A stretch of DNA of 64,000 bases from positions 1,685 to 65,684 of the forward strand of contig JAWXUA010000001.1 of assembly GCA_044433065.1 (NCBI GenBank), given 5' to 3'. Positions 36,867-47,098 of this stretch are shown here, piece after piece. A program made the translations under genes and the position numbers. Each line of letters begins with the position of its first letter. Position 1 is the stretch's first letter. The notes below the pieces were generated by a model. The model was not told where the DNA came from and did no database searches. It saw only the letters and a list, made by a program, of their open reading frames with translations. This DNA is from Pseudomonadota bacterium (GTDB lineage: Bacteria > Desulfobacterota > Desulfovibrionia > Desulfovibrionales > Desulfovibrionaceae).

Positions 36867-37607
36867 TTAATATGCACCACGTGCAAAAATAACTGCTGGA
36901 ATAGTTTTTAAAAGTAATTTTATATCAAGCCAAAACGATTGGCTTTCTAAATACATCACATCTAAACGTACTTGTTGATTAAAGGACAAATTACTACGTC
37001 CAGAAACCTGCCAAAAACAAGTGATGCCAGGTTTAATATTCAGCCTTCTTCTTTGTTCCAAGGTGTACTCTTCAACTTCACTGGGCAGCGCTGGTCTGGG
37101 ACCAACAAGAGACATGTTGCCTCTCAACACATTATATAATTGAGGTAATTCGTCGAGTGATGCTTTACGCAAAAACGTTCCAACACGTGTTATGCGTGGG
37201 TCTTTACGCATCTTAAATGTAATTCCATCACTACTTTCATTTATATTTTGCAATGCTTCTAGTTCATCTTCTGCATCTTGTTTCATGGAGCGTAGTTTAT
37301 ACATTTCAAACAAGTTGCCAAAAGCTCCGACACGTACTTGTTTAAAAAAAATTGGGACTCCATCTTCAAGTACAATAGCAAGTCCGCATAAAATAAAGAT
37401 CGGTGCCATGAGTATCAAAGCAACACTTGATACTATAATGTCGAGTAATCTTTTTATACATAAACTCAGGTATATAACTATATTCCATGCAAACATCTTA
37501 TGTTTTTGTCGCACGCGTAAACGCCACAACGACAACCTATTTCCATAAAAGAAAAGCCATTTTTTACGAAAATCTTTTGTAAACTCTCTACATCTATTCA
37601 TAGTCAC
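36867..37607 (-). CDS. Small monotopic phosphoglycosyl transferase (bacterial sugar transferase, PglC/WbaP C-terminal type), the initiating enzyme
   Basis: Motifs YKLRSM, DPRITRVGTFLRKASLDELPQLYNVLRGNMSLVGPRP, PGITCFWQVSGRS and WLDIKLLLKT. An alternative ATG lies at 37601. Confidence 0.9.
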   Translation of the reverse strand: MTMNRCREFTKDFRKKWLFFYGNRLSLWRLRVRQKHKMFAWNIVIYLSLCIKRLLDIIVSSVALILMAPIFILCGLAIVLEDGVPIFFKQVRVGAFGNLFEMYKLRSMKQDAEDELEALQNINESSDGITFKMRKDPRITRVGTFLRKASLDELPQLYNVLRGNMSLVGPRPALPSEVEEYTLEQRRRLNIKPGITCFWQVSGRSNLSFNQQVRLDVMYLESQSFWLDIKLLLKTIPAVIFARGAY

Positions 37608-37627
37608 CTAAACTATAGTATAAAAAT

Positions 37628-39025
37628 TTATTTAAGATATTGTTGATACAGTTTTGCCAAAGCATTTGCATTTGTTGATATAGTATACTTTTCAAGTATT
37701 GTTTTGCGACCTGCTTTAGATACTGTATTTCGTAGGACACTATCCAATGCGAGGCGCATCATGCAGTCATATAATGTTGTTTTATCTCCAGCATAACAAA
37801 GCATACCATTTTTTTCATGGGTAATTAGCTCACAAATACCTGTAATTTGAGTTGAAATACAAGGAATTTCCATGGCCATAGCCTCCATCAATACAATGGG
37901 TACACCTTCAGCCACACTAGGTAAGACAAAAATATCAGTTTTTTGGTAAAGCTCTTTTACTTCTTTTTGTGATACTGGGCCTACAAAATGTAGAATGCTA
38001 TGTAGGTTGTTCAGTTTAGTATCTTTAACAATGTCTTGATACGACTGTATTTCTTTTGCCAGATTGTTATTTAATCTCATTATATCTTTTTGATTAACTT
38101 TATTTTCAAAAATATATGACTCAATATTGTCGTTAATACTTTTATTCGCGTTGTTAAATGTTCCAGCAATTGTCAACTTGCATTCTATATCACGAACTTT
38201 AAGGTCAGCATACACTTTTAAAAAAACTTCAATAAGCAAAAGTTGTGCTTTGGCAGAGCATAGGCGACCTATACATACAAAATGTATGACTTTATTTGTT
38301 GAAATGTCGTCCTTACTATACTGCACATGCTGTAAAGGACTAAAAGAGTTTACATCTACACCACAGCGAACAACATGGAGTTTTTTCCAGTCTTCAGCTG
38401 GCATAATGCGCATAAATTGACTCGCACAGTAGTGGCTTATGCATCGAATAAAAAGTGCCCTTTCTGCCTTTAAGTGCAGTAAATTTTCATGGCAATCATA
38501 AAAAATATCAGGACCATGTGCACTAATACTAAAGCTTATGTGATCAAATGTTGCAGCGAGCATTGCCACTGTTGCAGCAGGATTTGCGAAGTGTACATGA
38601 ATGTGTTGTGCATTCTTTTTACGGCAATAAGTAAGGAGCAGTGATGCTTCAAGTATATAGGCTAGTGCTTTTATAATGCTTTTGGGGCCAGACAAGAAAG
38701 CCCAGCGCATAGCATAAAAAGAAAGCTGCAGTGTTTTTATAGGATGCCTTAAGGTGAGTCCCAGAAATTGTACTATTCCACTACTTAGTAGTTTTTCTTG
38801 AATGTAGAATGTTTCTTGATACTCTTTTTGTTCAGCATCTCCCATGTATTCTATATTTTGTGGGCGACGTATGGATGCTATATAGATTGTTATTGTATTT
38901 TTATTGTATTTATTTTGACTGTCTACCTGTGCTGCATTGTTGATTTTCCTTAAATTTGCAATTTCTTGTAATATGAAAGTATGTGATAATGCAGGATATT
39001 CACTTGTTAAGTATACTATATTCAT
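37628..39025 (-). CDS. GT-B glycosyltransferase (family 4, WcaL-like)
   Basis: N-terminal IVYLTSEYPALSHTFILQEI and the E-x7-E motif EGVPIVLMEAM. Confidence 0.8.
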   Translation of the reverse strand: MNIVYLTSEYPALSHTFILQEIANLRKINNAAQVDSQNKYNKNTITIYIASIRRPQNIEYMGDAEQKEYQETFYIQEKLLSSGIVQFLGLTLRHPIKTLQLSFYAMRWAFLSGPKSIIKALAYILEASLLLTYCRKKNAQHIHVHFANPAATVAMLAATFDHISFSISAHGPDIFYDCHENLLHLKAERALFIRCISHYCASQFMRIMPAEDWKKLHVVRCGVDVNSFSPLQHVQYSKDDISTNKVIHFVCIGRLCSAKAQLLLIEVFLKVYADLKVRDIECKLTIAGTFNNANKSINDNIESYIFENKVNQKDIMRLNNNLAKEIQSYQDIVKDTKLNNLHSILHFVGPVSQKEVKELYQKTDIFVLPSVAEGVPIVLMEAMAMEIPCISTQITGICELITHEKNGMLCYAGDKTTLYDCMMRLALDSVLRNTVSKAGRKTILEKYTISTNANALAKLYQQYLK

Positions 39026-39032
39026 TATGTAC

Positions 39033-40646
39033 CTATAAAAAACGTTGTGTTTTGTTTTTTCTTTGTTGTTTTGAGATGTCTTGTACTTGGTCTTCTTTAA
39101 AATGAAGGTTTCCTTTATGGTATCCTTGCGTATTACTACTATATAATTTTGTTTTTTTATGATTTATAGTATTTTTATGCTTATCATAATTATTATTTTG
39201 ATTTTTTGTCATCATAGTTCCTGATAACGCTCCTGCAACAAAAATAAAAATAGGATTTTCCATTGCATTGATTAAATTATCAACTGTATACAGTGCTATC
39301 ATAATGGATAATGAAGCAATAGGAGCATATTCTTTTTGTGACCATAGAATTGCCTTAAATTTTATCATAAATAGAAAAACTGGCATAAAAAATACAAGCC
39401 ACATAAATAATAAACCAAAAACTCCATAATTACCTAATACAATAATCCAAAGACTGTCTGTTACAGAAATATCCTCACCCAAATGATTGTACACACGTGC
39501 TCGGCCCCAGCCACCCCATCCGAAAATAGGTCTTTGCATTGCTTTCTCAACTAAAATATGCTCGTTATCAACTCTAAAAGCTAAAGATGAGGCCCTTTCT
39601 GCATTGATAGATGTCACACCATCCACAACCATTTGGCCTAGTGGAATATTAAAAACACCTGAAAACATATATAATGGAGGCAAAAGTAAAAAGGCTGCTA
39701 ATGCAAGTCTAAGTTTAGTTTTGGTAGAAAAAATTAATAATCCTAGACCCATAACTAATAGCATTACAGCTCCAAAAGACCTAATCCACACCATAGTAAA
39801 ATAGAGAATAGGCATTATAAGGGGCAATCTTAGGGCTTTTTTTACATTATCAAGAGCTGCGTGGCGGTACATCCAATAGCCATTCAGCGTTACAGCCATC
39901 ATCCAAACCCCAACCATTAAACCATGCGACATGAAAACCATTGGCCGCCATCCACCCATCCTATACGTCTGTGAAAAGTCATAGTGGGCCATAAAGCCAT
40001 AGAGCATTCTATGTAATTGTGGACTAATTCGAGATTCAAGGAGACACAGTGGAATATAGACCAAACCACCATAGAAAATTCCACGCGCAAGATCATGTAA
40101 GCCCGCAATATCATTAATATACAGTCGCCCAATAAAATATGGCATCCCCCACGAAACTACTTGTTGAAACAAAGCTGCCAAGGCGTCCCAAAGGCCAAGA
40201 CCATTGCTGAGTGAAGAAATAAAAGGTGAAATAAGCCATAAAAACATAGGAATATCTGTAAAATTAAAGCTAAAAGAAGCTAAACGTTTACTATCAAATT
40301 GCATTGACGCCATAAGTACGCCAATGCAAGTAGCTGACATTTTAGTATAATCTGGCAAAACAGGAATGTTATATCGTGCGACAGGCAGAAAAAGCCAAGA
40401 GGCTACAAAGGCGATGATAGCGGCTTGGCGCGTGCTATCGTTACTCACCCATAGCCCAAGGACACCTTCTCCTCCAAAGTGAAAGGAATTGTTTGTGGAC
40501 TGATTAACTGTACTAATTGATAGTGTATGGTTTTTATATGGCACATTTTGGCGATGAAGCTTTCGTCCGGCATCTTGCATCACTTTAAATAGATATAAAA
40601 TACAAGGAATCCACAACCACATAACTATATGTGTTATGATATTCAT
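39033..40646 (-). CDS. wzy: O-antigen polymerase/ligase family membrane protein (Wzy-like)
   Basis: At least 10 TM segments with a large loop. A Wzy_C-like segment, GWGGWGRARVY...TDSLWIIVLGNYGVFGL, is present. Confidence 0.65.
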   Translation of the reverse strand: MNIITHIVMWLWIPCILYLFKVMQDAGRKLHRQNVPYKNHTLSISTVNQSTNNSFHFGGEGVLGLWVSNDSTRQAAIIAFVASWLFLPVARYNIPVLPDYTKMSATCIGVLMASMQFDSKRLASFSFNFTDIPMFLWLISPFISSLSNGLGLWDALAALFQQVVSWGMPYFIGRLYINDIAGLHDLARGIFYGGLVYIPLCLLESRISPQLHRMLYGFMAHYDFSQTYRMGGWRPMVFMSHGLMVGVWMMAVTLNGYWMYRHAALDNVKKALRLPLIMPILYFTMVWIRSFGAVMLLVMGLGLLIFSTKTKLRLALAAFLLLPPLYMFSGVFNIPLGQMVVDGVTSINAERASSLAFRVDNEHILVEKAMQRPIFGWGGWGRARVYNHLGEDISVTDSLWIIVLGNYGVFGLLFMWLVFFMPVFLFMIKFKAILWSQKEYAPIASLSIMIALYTVDNLINAMENPIFIFVAGALSGTMMTKNQNNNYDKHKNTINHKKTKLYSSNTQGYHKGNLHFKEDQVQDISKQQRKNKTQRFL

Positions 40647-40706
40647 GTGTATACCAAGTGTACTTTATATTTATTCAATACCATGAGTAAAAAATAATCC
40701 TGTATT

Positions 40707-42179
40707 TTATTTTACAGCAGCATTTAGAGCTTTTTTATATTCATTCATAAGCAATGCTGCTTTATTGGACCACGCATAGTTCTTTGATTTTTTATAAGCA
40801 TGTATTCCTAATTCTTTTATAAGTTCCCTATTGTTCTGCAATAAAAGTAAAGAAGAGCTTAGCTCTTGAATGATATACGATGCAGAAATGGGATTAATAC
40901 GTATGCCACACAAGTCATCAATATACTCTCCAATCCCTCCATGGTGAACAACAATAGACGCCAAACCGTTAGCCATTGCCTCAAGAACAACAGCACCTCC
41001 AAATTCACGAATTGACGGAAAAACAAAAATATCAGCGGCTGCATAAAATTTCGCCATGTTTTGTGGTTTTTGATGGCCCATAAAGTGCACACAATGCTCT
41101 AAGCCAAGCTTTTTGCTTTGAAGTTCCAGTGCTTGGCGTTCTGGTCCATCACCAACAATAGTGAGGATCGTTTGAGTGTTGTAGGTTTCCTTTTTATGCA
41201 ATGTGTTACTTGCTAATTCTACTTTTTCATTACTATTGTGTTGCGTATTATTCTTATCTTTATTGTGTAGTTTGGCATAATATAAAGCCAATGCTTCTAA
41301 TACGAAGTGTACACCTTTATAAGGGACTAAGCGTCCTACAAATAACAAGCGTAATGGTTTATTATTTTTTGTAGAAAAACTTTCATTCTCTTGAGATGTA
41401 GAGAATTTTTCTTTAATTTTCTGTATATTCGTATAAAAATTTTGTGTTAATCCATTTTCATGGAAAAGTGACATACGTAATTTTATTTCAGGAAAACGAC
41501 TTTCAAGCATAGACATTGTATATTGTGACCCAACAAAAATTTGAGTTGCGTTCAAATACGTTGTACTATAGTTTGGAATATATCTACTAAAATGTCTTAA
41601 AAAATTAAAATGCGCGCCTTCTTTTCTTTGTACATCCTGAAAACCTTTTGGATAAGGCAAACCACCATTGACTGGGCCAAGAATAAAAGGAGTTGATGCT
41701 TTATGTTCTTGCATCATATCCACATTTTTTTGCCTACATGCTAATCTCGCAACTTTCACAGGGTATCGTGGCAATACAGGTGTGAATGCATGAACAATGT
41801 CGTAGTCACCATTACAGATTGCAGTACTGTAGCGCGTATAGACCGCACGATCAAAAGATGCATATACAGGATATGTGAGCGCATGATATAAGGGCCACCC
41901 AGTGCCTAGCTTGTCAAAAATATACGCTAAGCCCTTGTAATACTGGCGTATACAATAGGACTCCTCAATGTAGTCAATTTTTCTTGCATCATGATATATT
42001 ACGCCTTCTTGAGACTCGTTTTCCCAAGGTTTACGCTCAAGTGCAGCACGGTTACGTGCATGTGTTACAAGATGCACGTCTGCAATTTTTGCTAAGGCAT
42101 TCCATAAATTGTATGCAACTAAAGGTACAGAGGGCCACTCAGGATTGCACTGCTCTACAATAAATAATATTTTCATCAT
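40707..42179 (-). CDS. GT-B glycosyltransferase (family 4)
   Basis: E-x7-E motif EFGGAVVLEAMANG and the typical GT4 C-terminal domain. Confidence 0.85.
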   Translation of the reverse strand: MMKILFIVEQCNPEWPSVPLVAYNLWNALAKIADVHLVTHARNRAALERKPWENESQEGVIYHDARKIDYIEESYCIRQYYKGLAYIFDKLGTGWPLYHALTYPVYASFDRAVYTRYSTAICNGDYDIVHAFTPVLPRYPVKVARLACRQKNVDMMQEHKASTPFILGPVNGGLPYPKGFQDVQRKEGAHFNFLRHFSRYIPNYSTTYLNATQIFVGSQYTMSMLESRFPEIKLRMSLFHENGLTQNFYTNIQKIKEKFSTSQENESFSTKNNKPLRLLFVGRLVPYKGVHFVLEALALYYAKLHNKDKNNTQHNSNEKVELASNTLHKKETYNTQTILTIVGDGPERQALELQSKKLGLEHCVHFMGHQKPQNMAKFYAAADIFVFPSIREFGGAVVLEAMANGLASIVVHHGGIGEYIDDLCGIRINPISASYIIQELSSSLLLLQNNRELIKELGIHAYKKSKNYAWSNKAALLMNEYKKALNAAVK

Positions 42180-42267
42180 AAAATCCTTTTTAAATCATGC
42201 ACGATCACACTTACATAATCAAAAGCGATGTAGTGGTATAGTATTTATTTTCAGATTATGAATACTA

Positions 42268-43638
42268 TTATTTCATGTTTGCAATTGAATGCTGCAGGCA
42301 TGGCATATCTTTTCCATATAGTGTATATTCTTTCCACTGTACAAGGACATCTTCAAAAGAAACAGGACACTGAATTGCCTGCCAAGCATCTATAATTCCA
42401 TCAGAAATACGTTCGTGTTGCGCATCTTGCCCCATTGCCCATATGGTACGCGCAAGACTGCGAGCTTGCTGTGCTTGAAAAATCATACAGCCTCGACCAT
42501 GCTTTAACCTACCCAAAAATGATGGATGATCACTAGCTATAATAGGTGTATATGCCTCAAATGCTTCATAAATCACATTTGGCATACCCTCAGGATAGCT
42601 ATGCCAACTTGGTACGATGACTGCGGTTGCACTTTGCATACGCGACCAGATCTCGTCATTGGACAACACGCCACAGAAATGAATAATATCGTGGCCGCTG
42701 CCTAGCCCACAAAGACCTAGACTTTCACCTAAGGTGCGTAATTCCTTTTCATCTGGGCCAGTTCCACATATGGACAGTGAAATTGTAAAAGGAGCTTCGG
42801 TTATAACATTTTTTTCGTGACGTAAAATTGCTAAGGCATGTAAAATATCCCCTACCCCTTTATTATACTGTAGTAATCCAGCATATAAAAGTTCTATTCT
42901 TTTATTTTTAACTGTGTATATGTGTTCTTTTTGTGCAAGATTATATATACAAGCGTCATCTTTTGTATAGTTCTTATGTTTCTTATTGTCTATAGGTTTT
43001 CGTATTACAGTCCAGTCCCAAGGAACAACTTTATTTGCAGGAACACCAGCATATACTAAAGATCTGCATGCTGGGTAGTTATGATTGCATAGCAAAGGTA
43101 CTTTTTTTGAATGCAACACTTTTAGATGTCGAAGACCAATATATTTTTTTAAACCCTGTTTTTGTTCTTCATAGTCTGCAAGTAGAGGTAGAAGATGGAT
43201 TTGATTTTTAATGGCCCACATGCCCATATCACCTAAAATCCATCCTGAAGTACGTATAATAAGATGGCTTGGTGCAAAATCTTGTACAATTTTTTTAAGA
43301 ATATGCATATTTTGCAGTGCTTTTACTCTGTATAGCATTTTTCTTATAATTTTATATACTAAATTTTTTTTAAAATGATTATGCGACGAAATTGATGGTA
43401 TAAAATTTCCATATATAATTTGATAGTTCTTATATATTTTTTCTTGGATGAGTAATTTTTTACTTTGCTGTGTAGTATTTTCAAGACAAATAACCATACA
43501 AGGATGACCTTTTATAATTCTATCCACTGCGTCTAAGCTTTGATATTGAGCTCGATATGTTTCAGGTTCACCAGCATCACGTGCTTTAAGCGCCTTATAG
43601 TAGTCACCATATTGAATAATTAAAAGTCTCATTAACAC
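42268..43638 (-). CDS. GT-B glycosyltransferase (family 4-like)
   Basis: E-x7-E motif EGMPNVIYEAFEA and a GT-B C-terminal half. The N-terminal half is divergent. Confidence 0.7.
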   Translation of the reverse strand: MLMRLLIIQYGDYYKALKARDAGEPETYRAQYQSLDAVDRIIKGHPCMVICLENTTQQSKKLLIQEKIYKNYQIIYGNFIPSISSHNHFKKNLVYKIIRKMLYRVKALQNMHILKKIVQDFAPSHLIIRTSGWILGDMGMWAIKNQIHLLPLLADYEEQKQGLKKYIGLRHLKVLHSKKVPLLCNHNYPACRSLVYAGVPANKVVPWDWTVIRKPIDNKKHKNYTKDDACIYNLAQKEHIYTVKNKRIELLYAGLLQYNKGVGDILHALAILRHEKNVITEAPFTISLSICGTGPDEKELRTLGESLGLCGLGSGHDIIHFCGVLSNDEIWSRMQSATAVIVPSWHSYPEGMPNVIYEAFEAYTPIIASDHPSFLGRLKHGRGCMIFQAQQARSLARTIWAMGQDAQHERISDGIIDAWQAIQCPVSFEDVLVQWKEYTLYGKDMPCLQHSIANMK

Positions 43639-43659
43639 TCCTTATAGTGAAGTAACATA

Positions 43660-44700
43660 CTAATAAAACGTGCAACGCGATAAATGCTTTTTTAACTTCC
43701 AAGCCCGTGATGTTGAGATAATTTTACGTAGTATTTTATGTGATAGTGACTTCTCACTCTGTAGTGGTCCAAACTTTTTTATGAAATCATATACATCTGG
43801 ACGATATTTCAATAGTAGTGACTCTGTATTGTACCATTCATGGGGCCAGAGCGCATCATGATAATGTAAAATTGCAGCATTTTTTACTACATCAGTTTGT
43901 ATATTGCGTTCACGACTTCCAAGTGCAAAATTAAATTTGTGTTCAAGTATGGCTGTTGGCAAGCCCAAACTATATGCTGCTAGCCCCATACAGACCTGAT
44001 CAGTAAAAAAAATTCCTGCTTTTTGTGACGCAATATGGCTATCAAGAATTGTACAGCAATAATCGTAGAACTGTTGTGCAAATCCACTTTGACGTTGGAA
44101 TGAAAATACTCCACTGTTAAAATACCATCGTATGACTTTTTTTTCTGTACATGTCTCTACCCATGGTAAATTTTCAATATCAATCCGTAACTCTTTGCAT
44201 ATGGCTTGCCAAAATATATCATTTTCATCACTAGTACCTGTTGTACCAATATTTTTATCGCTAGGACATGCTGCAAAATGATGTTGTATCGTATCTAATG
44301 AAGTACTTTGCACATGCGATAAGGATAAATCACCAAGGCAATCAGTCACTAGAATATCAGAATCAAGCCACAGTAACGTTTCAGAAGAAGAATACTTTTC
44401 AGCATACAATAGCGCTTTTGGCTTATTCATGAAATTATTCCAGCTATAAACGCTGTTATTCTTGCATTCTACATAGTTAACATTAAGTGCTGATAACGCC
44501 TGCATAGTAGTAGAAGATATCCTTGGCCCCTGCCTTGGATACACTGCGATAACTTCAGCGTTGGCCAGCAATCCGCCAAAATGCCTAAGTGAAGATATCA
44601 TACGTAAAGTCATTTGCTCTAATGGACCACTTTCGATACAACAGACAACTGTACTTGAAGAAGAATTTTGCATGTCATGCTCAATCATCAATAACTCCAT
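43660..44700 (-). CDS. Unknown protein, possibly a GT-A fold nucleotide-sugar transferase
   Basis: The only recognisable cue is a DxD-like LLWLDSDILV motif after an alpha/beta-looking N-terminus. It sits in a glycan locus. Confidence 0.35.
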   Translation of the reverse strand: MELLMIEHDMQNSSSSTVVCCIESGPLEQMTLRMISSLRHFGGLLANAEVIAVYPRQGPRISSTTMQALSALNVNYVECKNNSVYSWNNFMNKPKALLYAEKYSSSETLLWLDSDILVTDCLGDLSLSHVQSTSLDTIQHHFAACPSDKNIGTTGTSDENDIFWQAICKELRIDIENLPWVETCTEKKVIRWYFNSGVFSFQRQSGFAQQFYDYCCTILDSHIASQKAGIFFTDQVCMGLAAYSLGLPTAILEHKFNFALGSRERNIQTDVVKNAAILHYHDALWPHEWYNTESLLLKYRPDVYDFIKKFGPLQSEKSLSHKILRKIISTSRAWKLKKHLSRCTFY

Positions 44701-44773
44701 TTATTTTATGATTGAATTAAGCATACATCTATAGCATCATGATAGTAAGTATAATACTATAAGTACTATATTT

Positions 44774-47098
44774 TTACTCTTTTACATTCCATATATGTTC
44801 AGATCGAACAGATTTGTTTAATGTATAATCTTTCTGCACCAAATGTGGCATCGCTAAGGCCAAGAATTTTCTTGGTAATTTGCGTAGAATGGTTTCAGCT
44901 CTCGTATATATAAGCGGACCACCATGATTTAAAACTGTTGTCATGGCAGGAATATGTAGTCTCCACAGAACTTCAAGAGTTTTACGTAAATCAGCATACT
45001 TTGTACGATTGGCTTGCACAATGAGCACTGCAACATGTGACTCAAGTAATAGATACTCTGTAAAGTCACTGTCGAGTAAAGGTGCTGCATCAGCGACAAT
45101 AAATTCATATTCAGAGCGAAAAGTATGTAAGAAAAAGGACAACTTGCCATCATGTCCATGGCCCCAATCACTTCCAAAGGTCATTATATCGAAATCTTCT
45201 TGAGCAGGCTTTTGAATACAGCCTAGAGGGTCATCGCCCTGTAATGTGCAGACAAAATCATGGCCCGTTGCTGTATTGGCAGTCTGTTCCATACTATCTT
45301 GTTTTTTATCAGGAACATCGCCTGCTAATTGTGTTTGAATGTATAAAATCTTGCTACCAAGCCCTGCTAGAGCCCGAGCTGTATTGATAGCAATGGATGA
45401 CGTGCCAACTTGATTTGATACACCCATAAAAACAGCTATTTGAGCACTGTTGCTACTCTGTAGAGCACGCTCTTTATGAAGCCGTATAGCTAAACTTCGT
45501 ATGGCTTTTGCCCCCTCAGCCTGTGGATGCTTAGATGTCAATTGCCAAAAGTCACCCTCACCTTGCCATAATGAAATTGGCCAGCTTGGGCTATGTTCTG
45601 TGGCAGCAATAAGATCGCGCCCTGAACGTACGCGATTATCCAGTAGCTCCATCATTAAAAAAATGAAACCGATGCCACCAAAGCTGCTAAATGCTGACAA
45701 CATAATAAATTTTTTACGATTTGTGCCAGCTGGCTGATCGGAATTTTGCGCAAATTCTTCAACACTTGCACGTACTGGCGACTTAGACTCTGCGTGCAAC
45801 TCTTGCATTCGAGTTTCAACAGCATAAAGACGGTCACGGCTCTGTGCTAAATTAGTCTCTAGCATCTGGGCTTCTATAATACGACTTGAGTTCTTGGATG
45901 CAATTTCTTGTTGTAACTGTAGAGATTCTAAAAGCTCTTTATATGTTTTATCTGATGCAAATGCAGTAGCTTCTGCAGTGAGTGACTCTTTTGTTAGTTC
46001 ATATTCTCTTTTATCATGTACAATCCGCTCTGCTCTTTCAGTCACATTTTCTTTGAGTTTTGTTTCATACGCTTTCATTGCCTTCATACGTGATTCAATA
46101 TACTGACGATCTGGATTTGTGCGACTTATGCCATCAATTGAAGCTCGCATCTCTTGCAATGTTTTATATGTCCAGTAGCTTATGGACCATAGTGATTCGT
46201 CGCCAGCTACTAGTTCATCGGACAAAGCTTCTGTTGACAACTGCCTTATAGATTTTGCCTTACTCTTAACTGCAATGTTTTGATTTTCAGATATAAGTTT
46301 ATCTCTATAAGCGACAGTTAATGCTTTTTGCAACTCAATAAGCCGTAAGCTTTCAACATTATACGCTTCAACAAAAGTTGCAGTACGCGTTTGTTTCGCA
46401 AGCTTCATGAGCTGTTGTGTAAGATTTTTAACTTTATATTCTAAAATTTTATGCTCTTTTGTGAGATAGTCTATTCGACGTGCATCTTTATTTTCAGCAG
46501 TTTCTTCTGTATGTTTGATATATGTCTTCATAAGCACATTGACAACTTCTGTAGCATAGCTTGGTATATTGCTTCTCATCTGAACCATAATAAGGTGCGT
46601 ATTTGGTATTAGCCCAATAGTTAAGGAACTACGTAAACGTTGTATGGATGCTGCAGTTATTCCATCAGGTGCAAGGAAGTTTTTTATTTCTAATGGCAAT
46701 GACTCTAAAGTTTTATGCAAAATACTTGTATTGCCCAAGCGCATTACTTCTGTTTGTGCATAGTCGTAAAAGAAGTTTGAAATTGAGCTTTGCTCTGTAG
46801 ATGCTATGATTGGGGCACGGACTCGTTCCACCAAAATACTACCGGTGGCCATGTAATAAGGCGAGCTTGCTGTAATTGCTATCGGCAACATGCATAAAAA
46901 AGCTATCATACCGAAAAGTATGATAATTCGTAGATAGCGTTGAATTGCTCCAACTATATCGAGGGGTTTACGGGCACTACCTAGCTCTACTTGCTCACCA
47001 GAGATAGGGCTTGAAGCGTCAGGATATTGATCTGCAAATTCTGGTATATTTTGGACGTTTTCTTGCTTAGTCTCCATCAACAAAGCCCTCAGTACCAT
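44774..47098 (-). CDS. Polysaccharide co-polymerase (PCP-2a/Wzc-like) with a degenerate C-terminal P-loop domain
   Basis: Two TM segments flank a long coiled-coil periplasmic region. In the C-terminal domain the Walker A reads GVSNQVGTSS (Thr in place of Lys), while Walker-B-like FIVADAAP is retained. There is no C-terminal Tyr cluster. An alternative start lies at 47077. Confidence 0.7.
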   Translation of the reverse strand: MVLRALLMETKQENVQNIPEFADQYPDASSPISGEQVELGSARKPLDIVGAIQRYLRIIILFGMIAFLCMLPIAITASSPYYMATGSILVERVRAPIIASTEQSSISNFFYDYAQTEVMRLGNTSILHKTLESLPLEIKNFLAPDGITAASIQRLRSSLTIGLIPNTHLIMVQMRSNIPSYATEVVNVLMKTYIKHTEETAENKDARRIDYLTKEHKILEYKVKNLTQQLMKLAKQTRTATFVEAYNVESLRLIELQKALTVAYRDKLISENQNIAVKSKAKSIRQLSTEALSDELVAGDESLWSISYWTYKTLQEMRASIDGISRTNPDRQYIESRMKAMKAYETKLKENVTERAERIVHDKREYELTKESLTAEATAFASDKTYKELLESLQLQQEIASKNSSRIIEAQMLETNLAQSRDRLYAVETRMQELHAESKSPVRASVEEFAQNSDQPAGTNRKKFIMLSAFSSFGGIGFIFLMMELLDNRVRSGRDLIAATEHSPSWPISLWQGEGDFWQLTSKHPQAEGAKAIRSLAIRLHKERALQSSNSAQIAVFMGVSNQVGTSSIAINTARALAGLGSKILYIQTQLAGDVPDKKQDSMEQTANTATGHDFVCTLQGDDPLGCIQKPAQEDFDIMTFGSDWGHGHDGKLSFFLHTFRSEYEFIVADAAPLLDSDFTEYLLLESHVAVLIVQANRTKYADLRKTLEVLWRLHIPAMTTVLNHGGPLIYTRAETILRKLPRKFLALAMPHLVQKDYTLNKSVRSEHIWNVKE

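Noticed and set aside
47067-47098. The 32-nt overlap between the GT2-Wza ORF and the PCP ORF as evidence of a frameshifted pseudogene.
   Set aside because: The overlap shrinks to 11 nt if the PCP starts at the in-frame ATG at 47077. Short overlaps are normal in this tightly packed operon, and both frames are intact.
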